Source: Glycera tridactyla
Lineage: Eukaryota
Length of the DNA stretch: 64,000 nucleotides
Direction of reading: 5' to 3'
NCBI GenBank assembly: GCA_965644265.1
Contig: OZ286460.1
Location: 52,824,001-52,888,000, forward strand
Within the stretch, counting starts at the first letter, position 1. Each line of letters begins with the position of its first letter. The notes beneath the pieces are model-generated. The model searched no databases. It had not been told where the DNA came from and was given only the letters and a program-made list of their open reading frames with translations. Shown piece by piece: positions 25,562-40,355 of this stretch. The translations under genes and the position numbers were made by a program.

Positions 25562-28500
25562 GCAATATTTGCTTTCCAAGATGCCAATCTCAGGATGGGG
25601 CCCGAATGTAATCAATATATTTTAATAATAACTCTGGTACCATGGCCAACAACACAGTTTTTAAATACCTAATCTAATTTCTGACATTCTCATGTTTAGG
25701 AGCTAGCGTGGAGTTCTTTCATCTGATACGCCAACCCATTGACAGCAGGGCTAGCACAGAAATACAGCAAAACGTGTAATGATAGATCACCATTGATGTC
25801 ACCAAAAAGTGGTCTCTCAAGGGTCGGCCTCGGATCTGAGGTATACTGGACTCTGTCAAATAAGGGAGCTGGCCCGCAGAAGGGGTCTCCTATTGGAGGA
25901 AGTCTCTTGTCACAGGTTTCATTGTATCATTAGGCAAAATCCCAAACTATCTGCTTTTGACAAACTTTCCACAGACACTCACTGGACTGACATCAAAACA
26001 GTGATCTTCAGCATTCTACCCATCCAATATGAAACACTACCCTAATCCTGTCCATTGGAAACAAGCATTGGTGAACATTTTCCAAGGTATATAGTGTGGC
26101 ATTTGCACTGAGACGTTAGAGGTTATTGGTGGTTAGTTTTGGCGTGTACCAGCCCCATTCTATCCCCAACTGCACCAGCCAACACTGCTGGTAAATATTG
26201 TCTTTCTTCAAGCATTACATGCTGGCACACTTCCAGCCGGGTAATTTGAAAGAAGTGAAACTGCAACATTGGGCAACTACGGACCGCCCACAAAAAAGAA
26301 CCTCCCAACCTATCCAGTCTGTTTGGAAATCTGTGAGGCACATTTACTTCCTTACAGTGCAAATCTTGATATGCTTTTCTGACACTGATTCAACCAGCAT
26401 GCCAAGGAGAGACACCCAAATCTCCCGAATACAATACCACAATGTGAATGAACAATCTGTTCACTCTAGAATTGGAAAAAAACTCAAGTTCCCTTGGAAT
26501 CCGATCGAGTACGATATTTTAGTGGAATGAGAGAGCCATTGAGGTGAAAACTAGGTAATGGATAAAATGTGTGGTTCCTCTAAATAAATCTTCTCTTGTG
26601 AATGAATATAAACAATGCACTTGTTCTTATCTAAAATTACCAAAATGAAGCTGCATTTCTGAAATTTCCAATATGAAGCTGTGTGGAGCTAGCAAAACTA
26701 GCAAAGTTCATATCCCTTCTGGGGATCTCTTCTTGGAAGTTCCACGATTTGTGATGAAATGTGGGAAGCATATGGAATATTCCTATCCATCCTGATGGTG
26801 GCCACATGCACCTGACAGCAACAGACAGGGCTTTTATTTCCCCGAGTGTGGAGCTGTCAGGTCTCTGTGTATTTATTATCGCAACCTGCAAGCTCGGGTA
26901 AATCCACGGACGTTTGCAAAGTAACGTTTTGGCTGCAATAATGTAAATACTAAACAAGTAGCATTTGTTTTCATAGTGATATACAGGAGGAGTCGGATGT
27001 GGATTTCCCTGACTAGGTGCACCCTCAGCCAAATGCCTGCTAAGATCCATGCAACAGCAATACCTGCTGAAAAATTTCTCCCAAAATCCAAGATTCGGCT
27101 TCCCAAAATGTGTGTAATCCCATACACTTCCAACAGTAATATCAATACCCATCACCATTTAATGATTCAAGATTTCCAGGTGGATTCTTCAACCCAAACT
27201 ACACCTGGGATATGAATGCCCATGCCCAGGGATTTCACTACATTGACCACTTCGAATCTCACAAATTATATCAACTCCAGTGGTAACCATCAAATATCAC
27301 ATTGAAAAGTGGGAATTGACCTGTAAACGATCTTGCATATATTGCTACCTCAGACCAAATAGGCAATCAGTGAGTTTCAAGAGTTAAAGGCGGCTGAATA
27401 AATAAACATGACCCAGTAGGCCAAGAATTAGAATAGGCAAACTACATCAGTTATATAAGTGTAACAGATAGGCTAGCGTTCAGTGTCATCCCTGCAACCC
27501 TGGAGGCACCCAGACTCCAACATAAGCATCTCGGCCTGCTTAAAATAAACAAACCCTGCAGAAACCCGAGCAACATCTTAACATTCAGCCAGAGTTTAAT
27601 AAACCTGACTCCTAATTGGCAGTGATTGGCTGCGGGCATTTCTCTCTCATCTTTGCAATCACTCGTGCATCTACCGGGGATGCAGAACCGCCTCCGCTGA
27701 AGAACTCCCATCAGCAAGATTCTCTAACAAAACCTCCCAGTCAGACATGTCAGGATTGGCAAAGAACGATATCGCTCGCCGGAAAATTATCTTCGCAATT
27801 CTCTAGTCCATTTCACATGAAAATATGTGACTTATTCTGTTTGAAGGTGGTCTGCATGTAGTCAAATCACTGGAAGTTTCATGGTGTAGAAATATTCGCT
27901 GAAATTTTCACACTAGCGATGGAATCTACTCTGATATACAAAGACCTGCATGGAAGTATATGATGAGGTTCAATGAGAAATTGATTTGGGGAGTGAAACC
28001 TCATAGGGGCGAGGACTACCTAATATCATGGGATGCTACTTCATCTGATATATTTCTATCAGAATCACAGCTGGTTCATGGACAAAGCAGATACTCTTGC
28101 ACGCCTCCCTGCCTCCCATACCATTCATATCGGCAGTTATCACCGATCCCCCTGATTCTTCCAGATGACTAATGTAGCAAACAGTTGGGATGCAAGTCAT
28201 CCATATCAGGATGTTTATGCCATCAGTTACCATCGGTTACCAGGTAGACCTCCTCCTCTCTTCCCCGATGCAAGTACTTGGCCCCTACAGTTGGTATTGG
28301 ATTTCAGATACACCAGAGCTTGTTTGCAGAAAATATAAACAAAGTAAAGGTGAACGGGTAGATAAAGAGCCAAGAGAGTAGGAGCCATCTGCCGTTGTTT
28401 TAGTTTTGTCTCACACAGGCCACTCGTAAACTTTGCAGTGTGTAGAAACAGAACCTTGGTGGGGGGAACATTGGTTGGGACACATCCACATACCTCAGTC

Positions 28501-28706
28501 TAATGCATTGTGGGACAGCAATGATTAACAAGCTGTCTTGCAATGTAGAAATGTGAGCTCTATCTAATTACAGTGATAATTTTATCCTACAAGAATATTT
28601 CCCTGGCAAATTATTTCAAAAACAGATTTCACCATGTTGGCAAAACAACTAGAAGGTATGAGGGAAATGTTCAGACACCCCATCCCTCTCAGAGCAATTG
28701 TTTTGA

Positions 28707-28867
28707 NNNNNNNNNNNNNNNNNNNNNNNNNNNNNNNNNNNNNNNNNNNNNNNNNNNNNNNNNNNNNNNNNNNNNNNNNNNNNNNNNNNNNNNNNNNNNN
28801 NNNNNNNNNNNNNNNNNNNNNNNNNNNNNNNNNNNNNNNNNNNNNNNNNNNNNNNNNNNNNNNNNNN
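28707..28867. other. N gap (161 nt)
   Basis: Run of N. Confidence 0.99.
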
Positions 28868-28966
28868 AGTAGGATTGGGCTCCAACATTTCCACTCATCT
28901 CTGAAGAAGCTGACAGACCTGGAGGCAAGTTAGGAAGGTGAAAGAAAATAATGAAAATTCAACTCA

Positions 28967-29080
<114 letters not shown>

Positions 29081-30310
29081 TCAAACATCATGTAAAATGC
29101 AGGAGACGGAGATGAATTTAGCATGGTCGGGAAAGGATCCTGATCGGCTCCTAGGGTGAAAAACAGATACATGATGGGTTTCATAGCTTGACGAAATAGC
29201 AAGAAAGATTTTACTGCTTCATATTTCATCAGGTCTTTTTCTTTATAAATATATATACATCATTTGTTGTGGGAGGTGTTGGAGTGATGTGCCAGTATTG
29301 TCTGGTACGCTTATTGTTGCCGCATACTGGCAGTTTCCACGAGGTGGCATGTCAGCAGCATATAATGTAACGCCACAAACCCCATGATTCATAATGCCAC
29401 ATGATCTGAAGTGATAACGAATGTGAACGCCACCAATAACTTACACATGTCAGTCCTTTGAAGTTGAACGTACACATCTACAGTGTAATAATGTGCTAAG
29501 TATATGCAGCAGGCATTCTCTCTCTCCAGCGATAAGTCATAGATCATTTCTGTGTTCCCCGCCACAATATTGTCAAAATACCCGTGACAAAAACTCAACT
29601 CCACCTCTAATTGAATCGACCCCATGATCCAGTATTGAGTAACAGTACACCAACTGGCTGGTCAAAGCACTCATATTTCTTCCAACCCAAACTACTTCTC
29701 AATCTTTTTAATAGCCTCTTTTTTCTGCTAATGAAACTGAATACAGACTTGCTACAGTGACTGCATATTTGCTATCCTTTTAAAAATAAGATGGACCACA
29801 TATCTCCTCTATATGGCTCATAAGTCAAATAATGATCTCTGTTTTTCTGCTAAAATAAAAGAAATGGAAATGGGAAGAATGAAGGCAAGGTCACACAGAC
29901 GCAAACATTCAAAGATAATACGAGGGTAACAGCTGAAAATCTGATTTTGCTATAACATTCTTCATCCATATGATAACAGTTAATGTGACAGATAAAATAA
30001 ATTGAAATAAACTACTAACATTGTGCAGTAACCACACACACACACATCATTTCGATTTTGCACTTTTTATGTGACAAAACTGAGTTACCAGTAAATGACA
30101 CCAATTCCTGTCCAAGAGAACAAAACACAAAATGTGCTGTTGAATGCTGTAAAGGTTTATGATGACATTATGATGCTGAATTATTATCATCATCATTTCA
30201 TGATCTCACAAATTTCACATCATAACATTTTGTCATGAGTGAATTCAAAATGTAATATGTGGATGAAATTTTCAGAGCTGTCCATCAGTACAGAGAGACT
30301 TCAAGAAAGT

Positions 30311-30343
30311 GAAGGAAAATTAGAGGAAGGAAAATTAGAGGAA
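30311..30343. repeat. Perfect tandem duplication, 15-bp period (GAAGGAAAATTAGAG x2)
   Basis: Seen directly. Confidence 0.9.
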
Positions 30344-33300
30344 AGTTTGATTGAAGGGGGACTACGTCAGGCTTCCCTATAGAATGTGTTGAATGATTGG
30401 GGGAGGGGAGTAAAGGAGGAGTGTGCCTTCTTATGGCTTACTACATGTAAGGGTGCCATATGTAGCCATGTGTTGTCAAACTGCCAACCGCCAAGGAGGC
30501 CAATGCATTCTGACAACGTTCTGACAAGGACAACCTCTGCCTTTCACTACTTTAACAAATTACACTGCATTTTGACTTGCATGACAAATAAGTATAATTC
30601 TGCAGCCGGCGCAAGCTGGGCCTGTTTGCTCTCTGACAGTTTGACGGAGCAGTGAAGACGGCTCGCTCCAAGGCTCCAAGGTCCTGACGGCATGCTAACA
30701 GGGCACCTGTGGCTTCCCAAATGACCTTGCCTCATTTTTCTTCTAGGCCAGCTAGAATCTACAGTTTGGGGCTGCTGCCACATGGGTAGGGGTTAGCTTG
30801 TCTCACCCAGGGGTGGCCTGTCATCTTCTGTGGCTATTACATCAGCTATGATGCATGTTCTCACCCTCCATCTCTCATGCCCTGGTCTGTCCTATCTTCA
30901 CCATGTTTCTGACAAGCAGCCACCTTTTTGAACTTGTATATTTTCATTTCGCTCTTCAATGCACACAGTACAATATATGACATGTACAAAAATCTCTATA
31001 TGCCATGTTTTCCTTCTTAATTTGTATGTTCTCCCACCTCCTTCCCCTCTCTTTCTCTCTACACATAAACACACACATATACCTGCACGCATAAGCTCAA
31101 TTCTGTTAAGTGATATATTTCCAATTTTTGCAATAACCCACAAGTGAGTTGTCAGGAAAAAATAATTTCAAAATGTTCAGTTGAATGGAAAAGCTTGGAG
31201 GGTAAATTGTGGTGATTAGCAAGTTGCGTGCATGGCAAGAAGACTATGAGATGTTGTAATGTTGGGTGTTTAACATGGCAGATAGAGAGGCCGCTACAGA
31301 TACATCTTCGTAACCTGTTACACACTCTACTGACCTGTCACTCCATTATGTCACCAGGATCACTCCTCGCCACACCAAAAAGTAGTCCATTCAAAACAAA
31401 TGAGTCTGCTAATAATTTGTCAACAAGGTCGGTATTTGACCCACATCTGAGAGACTCGCCAGCGTACAAACCTACATGCCCACAATTAATTACCCTCTTG
31501 TAAAACATCTTCCCTCGTTTGATGGATGATCACAAACCTATACACTTGTTAAATAATATTGGGGAAAAAAGGATGTCTATTACACAACAGATCGCTCATT
31601 CTGGAGAGGCTACATGACAAGCCATATAGTTGATTACCCTCTAAGTTTCATGCTGATAACACCAGGTCTCCTGCAGGCAATGACAGCTCGCTTTGTCATT
31701 TACATGTTATCACAATGTGAAAATTACCACGGCTAGTCCATCACATTGCTTCAGAGTGAGCTGTGAGATTTAATTATGTCTACCTATCTCTTCCAACCCC
31801 ACAAATCATTCCCACATCCATTCATATACATCTCCTGCTTATGATTCCAATTTTTGTCTAACGCCAACGAGCTGTGCGATATTTCATGGCATTTTTAAAA
31901 TGTCTACTTAGCGACAGCATGCACTTTAATGAAGCTGCACTTTTTGCAGTGATACCTACATATTCCAGACACTCACACAATCAAGAATATTTACGACTGA
32001 GTACTCATAGCATGGACATATGAAATACAATACATCAAGAGCAGCACAAGCATTGCATATTTCATTCTGATCTGGAAGACAGGGAATGCCTACAGGGTAT
32101 GCCTGACCAATGTGTTGAGATGTTGTTAAAGCTCAAATAAAGAAACCACTAAACCAACAAACCAATCAATGTGCAGCGTTCAATGATAGATGCCAAACAA
32201 TGCATCATACTAACTTAAACTACTGATTCTGCCAATGTCTTGGATGAACGTTTATCAGGAGCAGAGATGTAAAACTTGGAAGTAGCCTTCAATATCAGAT
32301 CCACGGAGAGTCAGGCTACAGTAGTAGCATTTCAAGTCATCATGGTCTCATGAGAAAGTCACAAATGAGATCTCAAGTGTAAAGAAGCATTTGTCAATCC
32401 TCTCCACAAACCATGCTGGTGCCACACTATTGTAGACAAGCTGACATGTCACGAGACATATTTTTGGAGGTCTGCTCAATTTATACCACAAGTGCAGGGC
32501 CTCACATGGACTGCTTCATGTGTCAGGGACGGGTGATAAGGTACCCAGCCTAGATCCCCAGCTCTGTCTTGTTTCCAAAATAATAGTAGCACAATGCGTG
32601 TTGGCCAGGCTTTAGCTTTTGTCTTTGCACGATTATTGCTAATCGTAACAAGAGTGTTTTGGTTGTAACTGCCATGCTACTGTCAGCTCCTGCTTTATAG
32701 CTGACGGCCTCCAGATAATGGTGTAGGGGGCCCCTAGCGGGCTCCCGTAACCCTCAACAACTGGGCCAAAGTAGTGTGCGATACCCCAGGCTGTGATCAG
32801 AATACATGTCACAGAATACACTTGGGTATTGTTCAACATACTACAGATCACCAGGATCTCCCATCCCCTGTCTTCAATCCCATGGTCTGTTTGTTGTAGC
32901 ACTAAATGTGTCTATTCCCTTCAAGAATCTCTTCGTCTTTAAGGAAAGTTTATACGTATATCTTTTTTGAACATTTTTCTGTTACCAAATCTTGAATTTC
33001 AACAAAACTATCAGAACACATATTTTGTACTTGTGAGATGACTTTCTGTTGTCATTTACGATGATTTCTTGTCATGGCTTCTACTGGAAATGGTCAGCAA
33101 ACTGAAGTGAAACCACAAAAAGGACAAATACAATTGAATAACATCGACTGATAGAACAACTCCACACATAAAAAGCAGATCAGTTTGGATTATGGCTTCC
33201 CTAGATTTGCCAACTGCATAAACTTTTATATTTTTTGTGCTATTGCTCCCCATTCCTGTATTTGTTCTCATTTCAATAATCAAATAATTCTATTATTCCT

Positions 33301-36300
33301 ATTAATTATTATAACCACATTACCTAAGTTAATTATGTAGAGTTCAGCTTCTCGGGATTACAGAACTAAAGCGTTATCAGGCAAAAACCCATGCGGAAGC
33401 CAACGTCGTTCTGCCGTGGCTGTGTCATCATTATGTGTGGAGAATTTGCCTGTCACAGCATTACATGGTCTTTTCACAGGACCACCACATCCATGAGAGA
33501 TTCACCCATGGGATAACATGAGAAATAACTCATAATCTCGCAATTCTCTAATCTCACATAGCTTCAATCTATATGGGTCCTGGGCTCAGAATCAAATGAT
33601 TTCTTTGTTGTTTGAATGTGGAAATGGTGGATACTGAATAAAATCCATAGCTTGTATTTAGTGGCACTGCTATGGAATTTCTAATGACTGGCCCACCTCA
33701 TGGGATATAACACTTTTATCCACTAACCATGGGTTATAGGCTTTTACTAATCAGATTTCTTTGAGGGTGGGAGAAGGAAGATTTGATCAGGTTTGGTGTT
33801 TTGCCAGTGAGAGTGGATCACTGCTGAGTGATTCTCATCTGAGGTGTACTCTCAGCTGAGCTCAATGAAAATTGGGTGTAGAAAGGTATAAAGTGCCACC
33901 TGGGGAGATGATGAACATGCATTCATGTTTCACCCCTAGGGGCCAGGGCTAGACTGACACCCCTATTTGATAGTAGCAACATCAGTAAAGATCAGAGGGA
34001 GAGAACACATGGGCTGACGGGCCGAAAATATACCCCTATCACCGCAGGTATGCCGGTCTGCCTGCTACTCAACCCCAACCTCATACCACCACTCAAGTCA
34101 GCTATCACAAGCCCACCATCCTCATCCCGCCACCCAAATTCCCATCGCAATTCTGTATAGAAATCCTAGGACTGGCAGAATAATTTTCTCACTATCACAT
34201 ATCCAGGTTATTTTTGCCAGACATGCAATCTTCTGAGAGTGTCCTGATTACAAGGAACATGGCGTGATTTACTAGATGATGTTTGACGTTTTTAAGTGAA
34301 ATAAGTTGGTGTGAGAAAGGTTTGCTGGATATAGAATGTGTGCATGGTATTTGCTGGTGAGATGAGAGCGAGTATAAGATATCTCCTCAAAGCAGAATGC
34401 TGCCAGTATGGTCCCCAGGAGGCTAATAGAAAATACTCCGCAGCTACTCATTTCGCATAGAAATATCAAAACAGTGATGCAAAACTGATCAAATCACACA
34501 AAATCATCCCAAGTTTTGAATCTAATCAGACATCCCTTAGCATTTAACTAAAGAGGAATCACTTTTGAGTCCCAAATTACTGGTGGTGTGAATTTTTCCC
34601 TGCCTTTTGAACATAATCAAATGTACCCCCATTGTCATAAAATCACTCTTGTGGAGTTATCAAGGTGGGAGGAATGATCGGCAGTTGTGACCAAATCAGG
34701 GCAATTTTGCCATTCTAGCAGATTCTCGCCATGGCCACTTGGCGATTTAGAGATGTCTGGTGAGGTATGTATGAATTATGTATAGGTAGTAGCCAGGAGC
34801 ATGCTGTCATTAGAAGGGGGTGGGTGTAAGGTAAGGGCACTCAGATCTAGGTCATGGAAAGCATGTGATGATTTATCATGTGAAAACAACTGCTATGCAG
34901 GAACGCAGGTTGTGATTTTTATGACGGGCGAGGTTGTGGATTTATGAAGGATAATGATGTTCAAAGGTGACGGTGCTTATTCTTGCTGCGTGTGCTTATG
35001 AGTGATGGTGAGAAGGGCTGAGCTGACAGACATGATGTGCCGCAATTATGATCCCCACTACTGCCCTCTGTCAGAGGAAACTGAAGCAAACTAGCATTGC
35101 CTACGATCATTCATCATTCTACAACTACTAGGCATCTCATGAAATATGGTGCTGTGGACGCCTGGTGAAATATATCCCTACAGCATGCTGCAGGAAGCTT
35201 CCAACTGGGACATGTTGAGCAAACGGGTGCCGACAAATCAATGAATGATCCCTCGGTCTTGTTTTGACTGGTGGTCATACATCAGCATTGTCTCTGACTG
35301 GTCGTCTGGTGGGGTTACTCAAGACAACTCAGCCTTATCGTACATCTCCAGGGGGTACTACATCTACAAGACATGGACTCTGACCTCTTCCAGCCACATT
35401 CATATATCATGCAACCAAACAAAATAAATACATTTCAATATGATCACAACCTGTAGGCACCAGTCTAATCTACAAAATGGAAGATATTTCACTCAGTTGT
35501 ACTGGCCAGTTTAGTGATGCATATCGGACAGGAGCAGAAGCAGCCTATAGTTCCACCATGATAAAGTGACCCAATAAATATGGGTTTATGATACAAAGTA
35601 CCAAAACCAAGTTTGACATGAGTGGGCCCTGCAGTGTATCTCCGAAACCACACTGGTGATTTTGACCTAACTTATTGTGACAAATCACAATCTTCTGATG
35701 CCATTATCAAATGGTATACTTTCACAAGATTACATGAATAGAAATCGTCCACTAATACAATCATGACAACTGACCCAGTTTTTCATGCACAAGCAGGATT
35801 GTCAAATCCTATTCCTTTTATTCATCCAACACCTACATTAAAAAAATATGAAATGCAACAAGCCATAAATATCACAATTTTGCCACCAAGAATAGCTTCT
35901 TGATGAGCCGTCAGAAGAATTAAATGTGTATTTGAATTCATCTCATGTCTTCATGAGTTTTGATTGTATGAGGAGTTTTGATACGACGTGTGTTGTGCAC
36001 GTAGTTCTGTGTAGTTGGGTTAAGGTGATCCGAGATTGTGCTAGTAGTCAGCGTCAGGAGAATATGTGTGATACAGATCAGAGGAAATCTTACACACCAG
36101 GCTAAGTAGTTTAATACCCACTTCCTCTGCACACTGCCGCCACACTCAGCTCGCCCGTTTTTATCAGCACTGCTTTGGGGGTTGGAAATATCGATGATGG
36201 AAGTATTAGGAGGCAAGCAGAGCGCAGTGAATGTGGCCACTAAAGGCATGTTGGGTAGGATGACGAAGCCACCGCCAGCACAATAAATGCACTCAGGCTG

Positions 36301-36709
36301 ACACAATGGAGGAATTGTAGCAGCGGCAATCTGAGCGCCTTCTATATTAAAACTTCCAATATCATATTCACAATGTCGCCCTATTATCGCCCACAATATC
36401 TCACCGACAAAATCTCGCTGAAGAGAAGTCTGGAGACAATTGCAAATCCGCTGAGTCACAATTGCTTCACTACATCTTCTACACAATGGATGGATTAAAG
36501 TGGTGACTTCATAAAAATATGAATAACTCAAAACGAAAATGGAAGGGGTCTGATTTCCTTGTAGACTTGTGTGTATTTTATCAAGACTCTCCAGATGCCA
36601 ATTGGTTGAATTCATCTGGGAGAAGTGTATGAATGCATACATAGTCAGCACCATCCACAATCCAAGTTTCCACTCAATGCTTTGTATTTCGTGAAAAAAT
36701 TTCCAAATA

Positions 36710-36885
36710 CAGTGAAACCTGTCTTGGGAGACCCCTCTTGGGAGACCACCCTCTAATGGGAGACCGCTCTTTATCGGCTCTTCTCTATTTGACATAGTCA
36801 AATATACCTCCAATGAGAGACCACCTGTTTTGAGAGACCACTTTTCATTGGCATTTGGGGCAGTCTCCCAAACCAGGTTTTACTG
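36710..36885. mobile_element. MITE (Tc1/mariner-type non-autonomous element), 176 bp
   Basis: TA | CAGTGAAACCTG ... CAGGTTTTACTG | TA; internal iterated GAGACC motifs and a central TATTTGAC-ATA-GTCAAATA hairpin. Confidence 0.88.
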
Positions 36886-37593
36886 TACATACTTATCAAG
36901 AGAAAATCTACTCACAGCATATCAACAATCTGCACCAATGATTTCCTCCATGTGAGAAGGGGTCCAAAGGATTTTTATTACATTTCACGAAGGATCTATG
37001 TTCTGACAGTATGTTGTACCAGCTTTACAATACTGACAACATACAATACTCAAATGCAAAAATAGGATCTAAAACGGTTTCCACCATCATTTCTTCAGCA
37101 TTAGTTCCTTGACATAGTAAGCATGATAACATGATGATCAAAGTAATTTTACTGTGTGCAGTCAATTCATTGCTTAAGAATCATTTATTGTCTGTTTTAT
37201 TTTACTGACAAATTAAACTAAGTCATTCAATATATTTTGTCTTCCTTTCTTCCAGTAATCTAATTTGAATGACTGAATAATTCCCTGATAATCCTGAAGT
37301 CAAACATACTGAGTAGAGATGGTTAGAGAGAAAGAGCCTGCAGCAATATTTTGCCATGATGTATCCATCATGGTGCAATCAAAATCTGGTAGAGGGAGGT
37401 ATTTGCTCATCAAATGTGGGATTTGGAGAATTTGTCTAACAAGACGGCTGCACTTGCCTGCCAGTCCCTTCTTAGTTGCCTGACTCCAGGCTCCCAATGT
37501 GTGCCAATAAATTTCAATTAATCTCGGCTTCGCCTTCAGGTGACTTCATGAACCATGGCTGGGTGGGTGGAGAGTGGGGGAAGCAGATGATGA

Positions 37594-37612
37594 GGGGGGG
37601 GGGGGGGGGGGG
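37594..37612. repeat. Poly-G19
   Basis: Seen directly. Confidence 0.9.
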
Positions 37613-39767
37613 TATGAACAGATGAGCAAGGGGATCCAACATGCATTATCCTGATGAGCCATGCCGCAGAGTTGCTGCAGAAATGTATCCTCCCACCCTC
37701 CCAGGCTCAACCCTTTCCCTCAAACTCCCAAACCAGAGAGCTGCTTTCTGATTTTTTTGTGCCATCATACCATCTGAATATTTCAATCGAGAATTTCCGA
37801 AAGAATTGGTAGGTAGAGTATCCAAGATTTCCATGCAACTGGTTTGTAACAATTTGACTAGGAGTATACTTCCAGGCTACCATTTGAATCTACCGTAAGC
37901 ATGTGGTTAGAAAAGCTATTCATTTAAAATGATGACCTTTAAGGAAAATAGATGCAGTACTTCACTGAGCGAAGCCTATTAAACTGTATTCAGACGTGTT
38001 TTCAGAAGGAAGAGAGAGGCGATGTGACAAACTGAGCTTTCTTAGCCATTTCCTTTGTTGCCTCCCCTGATGTAGGCTTGCTTTGTTTCATTTCACAGCC
38101 TCGGTGCAGGAGCGGGTGCTGAAGGAAATGACTTTCTTCAGGACGGGTGTGCACAGAGGAAGGGCCTTTGTTGTTCAAGTGCAAGGCTTTTCAGGCACTG
38201 GCAATGTCTGCCAATAGTGCCAGGGTTTGGCCGTTAATGAGAAAGACAAAATCAGGCGCAGAGGTCACACCTTCACCTCTTAGCCATCCATCAAGCGGCA
38301 AATCACAAAATTAATATTTTGTCAGATTGTACGAGGCCGGTGTTTCACGTGGCAGCGTATTGTGGCATGGGTGCCGATGGAAGGCCAGCATGCATGGCCT
38401 CTTTGCAACTCCCCTATTATCGCCCACATAGTCTGATCACTGTCCCGTTCATCCAAGCCAGCCAACAACTTGAACTTGACCACAAAGCAGCGAGACCTCC
38501 ATGCAATTCAATTTATTTCACTCTTCCATGATGTGGAATTAGGTCACTTGTTCATGCCACCTAAAGATTATATTGATAGCGTGTTCGAATTCCATCTCCT
38601 ATCTTTTTCAGCCAGAGAGCAGATTGCACCGATATTGCTCACCAGAAGTAAACCCATTACCAGATAAGATCACAATATTTCTGGGTAGTTCTGAGGAAAT
38701 AATAAAGCAACAGTAGTGATAAACAGGAGAAATGGCAGCAAAAAGGTGATTTCACATGTGACTGCCCCCCCATCCACAGAGTATATTAAAACGGAGCTGT
38801 CGAGATGATCGATCACATCAAGTGTTAACTTACTGATAACCAGAAAAGTAAGAATCCAGCCTCATCATCTTCTCTATCCAGCCATAACATTCACAACTTT
38901 CAAGTATCTTTCCAAAGATATTTGTACTTTTCCAAGTGAAGAAGACATACCAGTCATATACTGGATATTCACTGGCAATGACGAGGATTGTTCCTAGTTC
39001 AGTTCACAGCAATTGTCAGAAATCATGTCCATCATATTTCAATGCTCAAAATGTAGTATATTCTCATTTATGAAAAAAAATATGTTATAGGAATTTGCTA
39101 CCCTGAACAGTAATGTGAAATTAGAGATTCCGCTAATCTGTGTAGGTAGGCAACCGGTCTATGACAGAATGTATGATTATTGGGTGTGAATTTCTGACGT
39201 GCCACGGCTCATCTCAATGAATGTAACACATAATCTATGACATGTTCCAAATTGCCATGAGGCGCCATGCTGATTGTCGAGCGTTTTTCTCTCGCGTTTC
39301 TTTCAGGGAAATCATGTCAATGGAGCTTTTGTAATCCAGCGAGTGGAGATGCATTATCCTATTTGTCTCAAATTAGCCAGCATATCGTGGAAACTGTAAT
39401 GGATGCATATCATATGACCAGCGATGAATATGCCCAAATGGAAAAACAGAAAAATGGAAAATCGATCATGGCAATGGTGATGACAAAAAGTACAATCTTG
39501 ACAAGTCTTCCAAATGTATATTTCCGTCATCTCTGAAGTGAGGCTTTCAGTCAGATTGTTGGATATAGCATATGGGTCACAATTGTACCACATTCAAAGC
39601 GTACTGATGGATGACCCAGTGCAAAATGTCACCGTATGCACCTGCTGCCTTATATCAAGTCAATGATAAAGAGGACCCAAATCATATCAGTTGACACTAA
39701 TTTTGAAAAAATGACACTTAGTCCAGAATCACTTGTTTATGTTTTGTTTGTTTGTTTGTATGTTCAA

Positions 39768-39900
39768 CAGAGAAGGGGGAGGGGAAGAGAGGGCAGGAGA
39801 GGGAGAGAGGGGGGGGGGGAGAGAGAGAGCAAGTGGGGAGAGAGAGAGGGGGGAGGGGGAGAGAGATATATATATAGAGAGAGAACAAGGGGAAGAAGAA
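39768..39900. repeat. Polypurine (GA/GGA) tract with a short (TA)n insert
   Basis: Seen directly; explains the pseudo-ORFs at 39636-39987. Confidence 0.92.
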
Positions 39901-40355
39901 CCAGCAGTTCTCTACTTCTGAGAAGCTCAGATGAACTACTACTGATTTTGGGGGATTCAAAATACAGATAGCAAAGGGTTGGCACACGCTTTATTATGAT
40001 ATAGGAGATCAGTTACTCTTGCCGAAAGATTGTCTCCTCCCAGCTGCTGTACCATTCATTTCTGTTAAGTCTGGCATTTGTACCAGTGATGCAAACCTGA
40101 CGCGCTCTCCAGCATCTCTTGGAGCCACTGACCTGAATTTGCAACATCAGGGCAACCCCAAGGACATAGGAATTTCACCAGTTGCTGAGCTACCATGATT
40201 TACTCCTGACTGATTACCATTCTCAGTGGCTGCATTTCTTCAAAAGGTGCAGCTTCTGATTGGTGGGAAAAGCAATATCCATCTTACTGATTCCAAATTC
40301 ACCTTATGACTGATGTGATGACGTCTTTATTTATCTACCAAATTCAAGTATTATA

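Noticed and set aside
26637-27158. 173-aa minus ORF with a phase-2 NAGNAG acceptor (TTTTTCAGCAG at about 27064-27074)
   Set aside because: Weak tract with upstream AGs, no clear branch point, no recognisable protein; shows how often pseudo-acceptors meet open frames.
27451-27607. CAG|G-TTT-ATT-AAA after the phase-2 donor would read W-F-I-K, mimicking WFIN
   Set aside because: Next residues (KLWLNVK) do not match NARRRIV; no pyrimidine tract (CAATTAGGAGTCAG); a match this short is plausible by chance in 29 kb.
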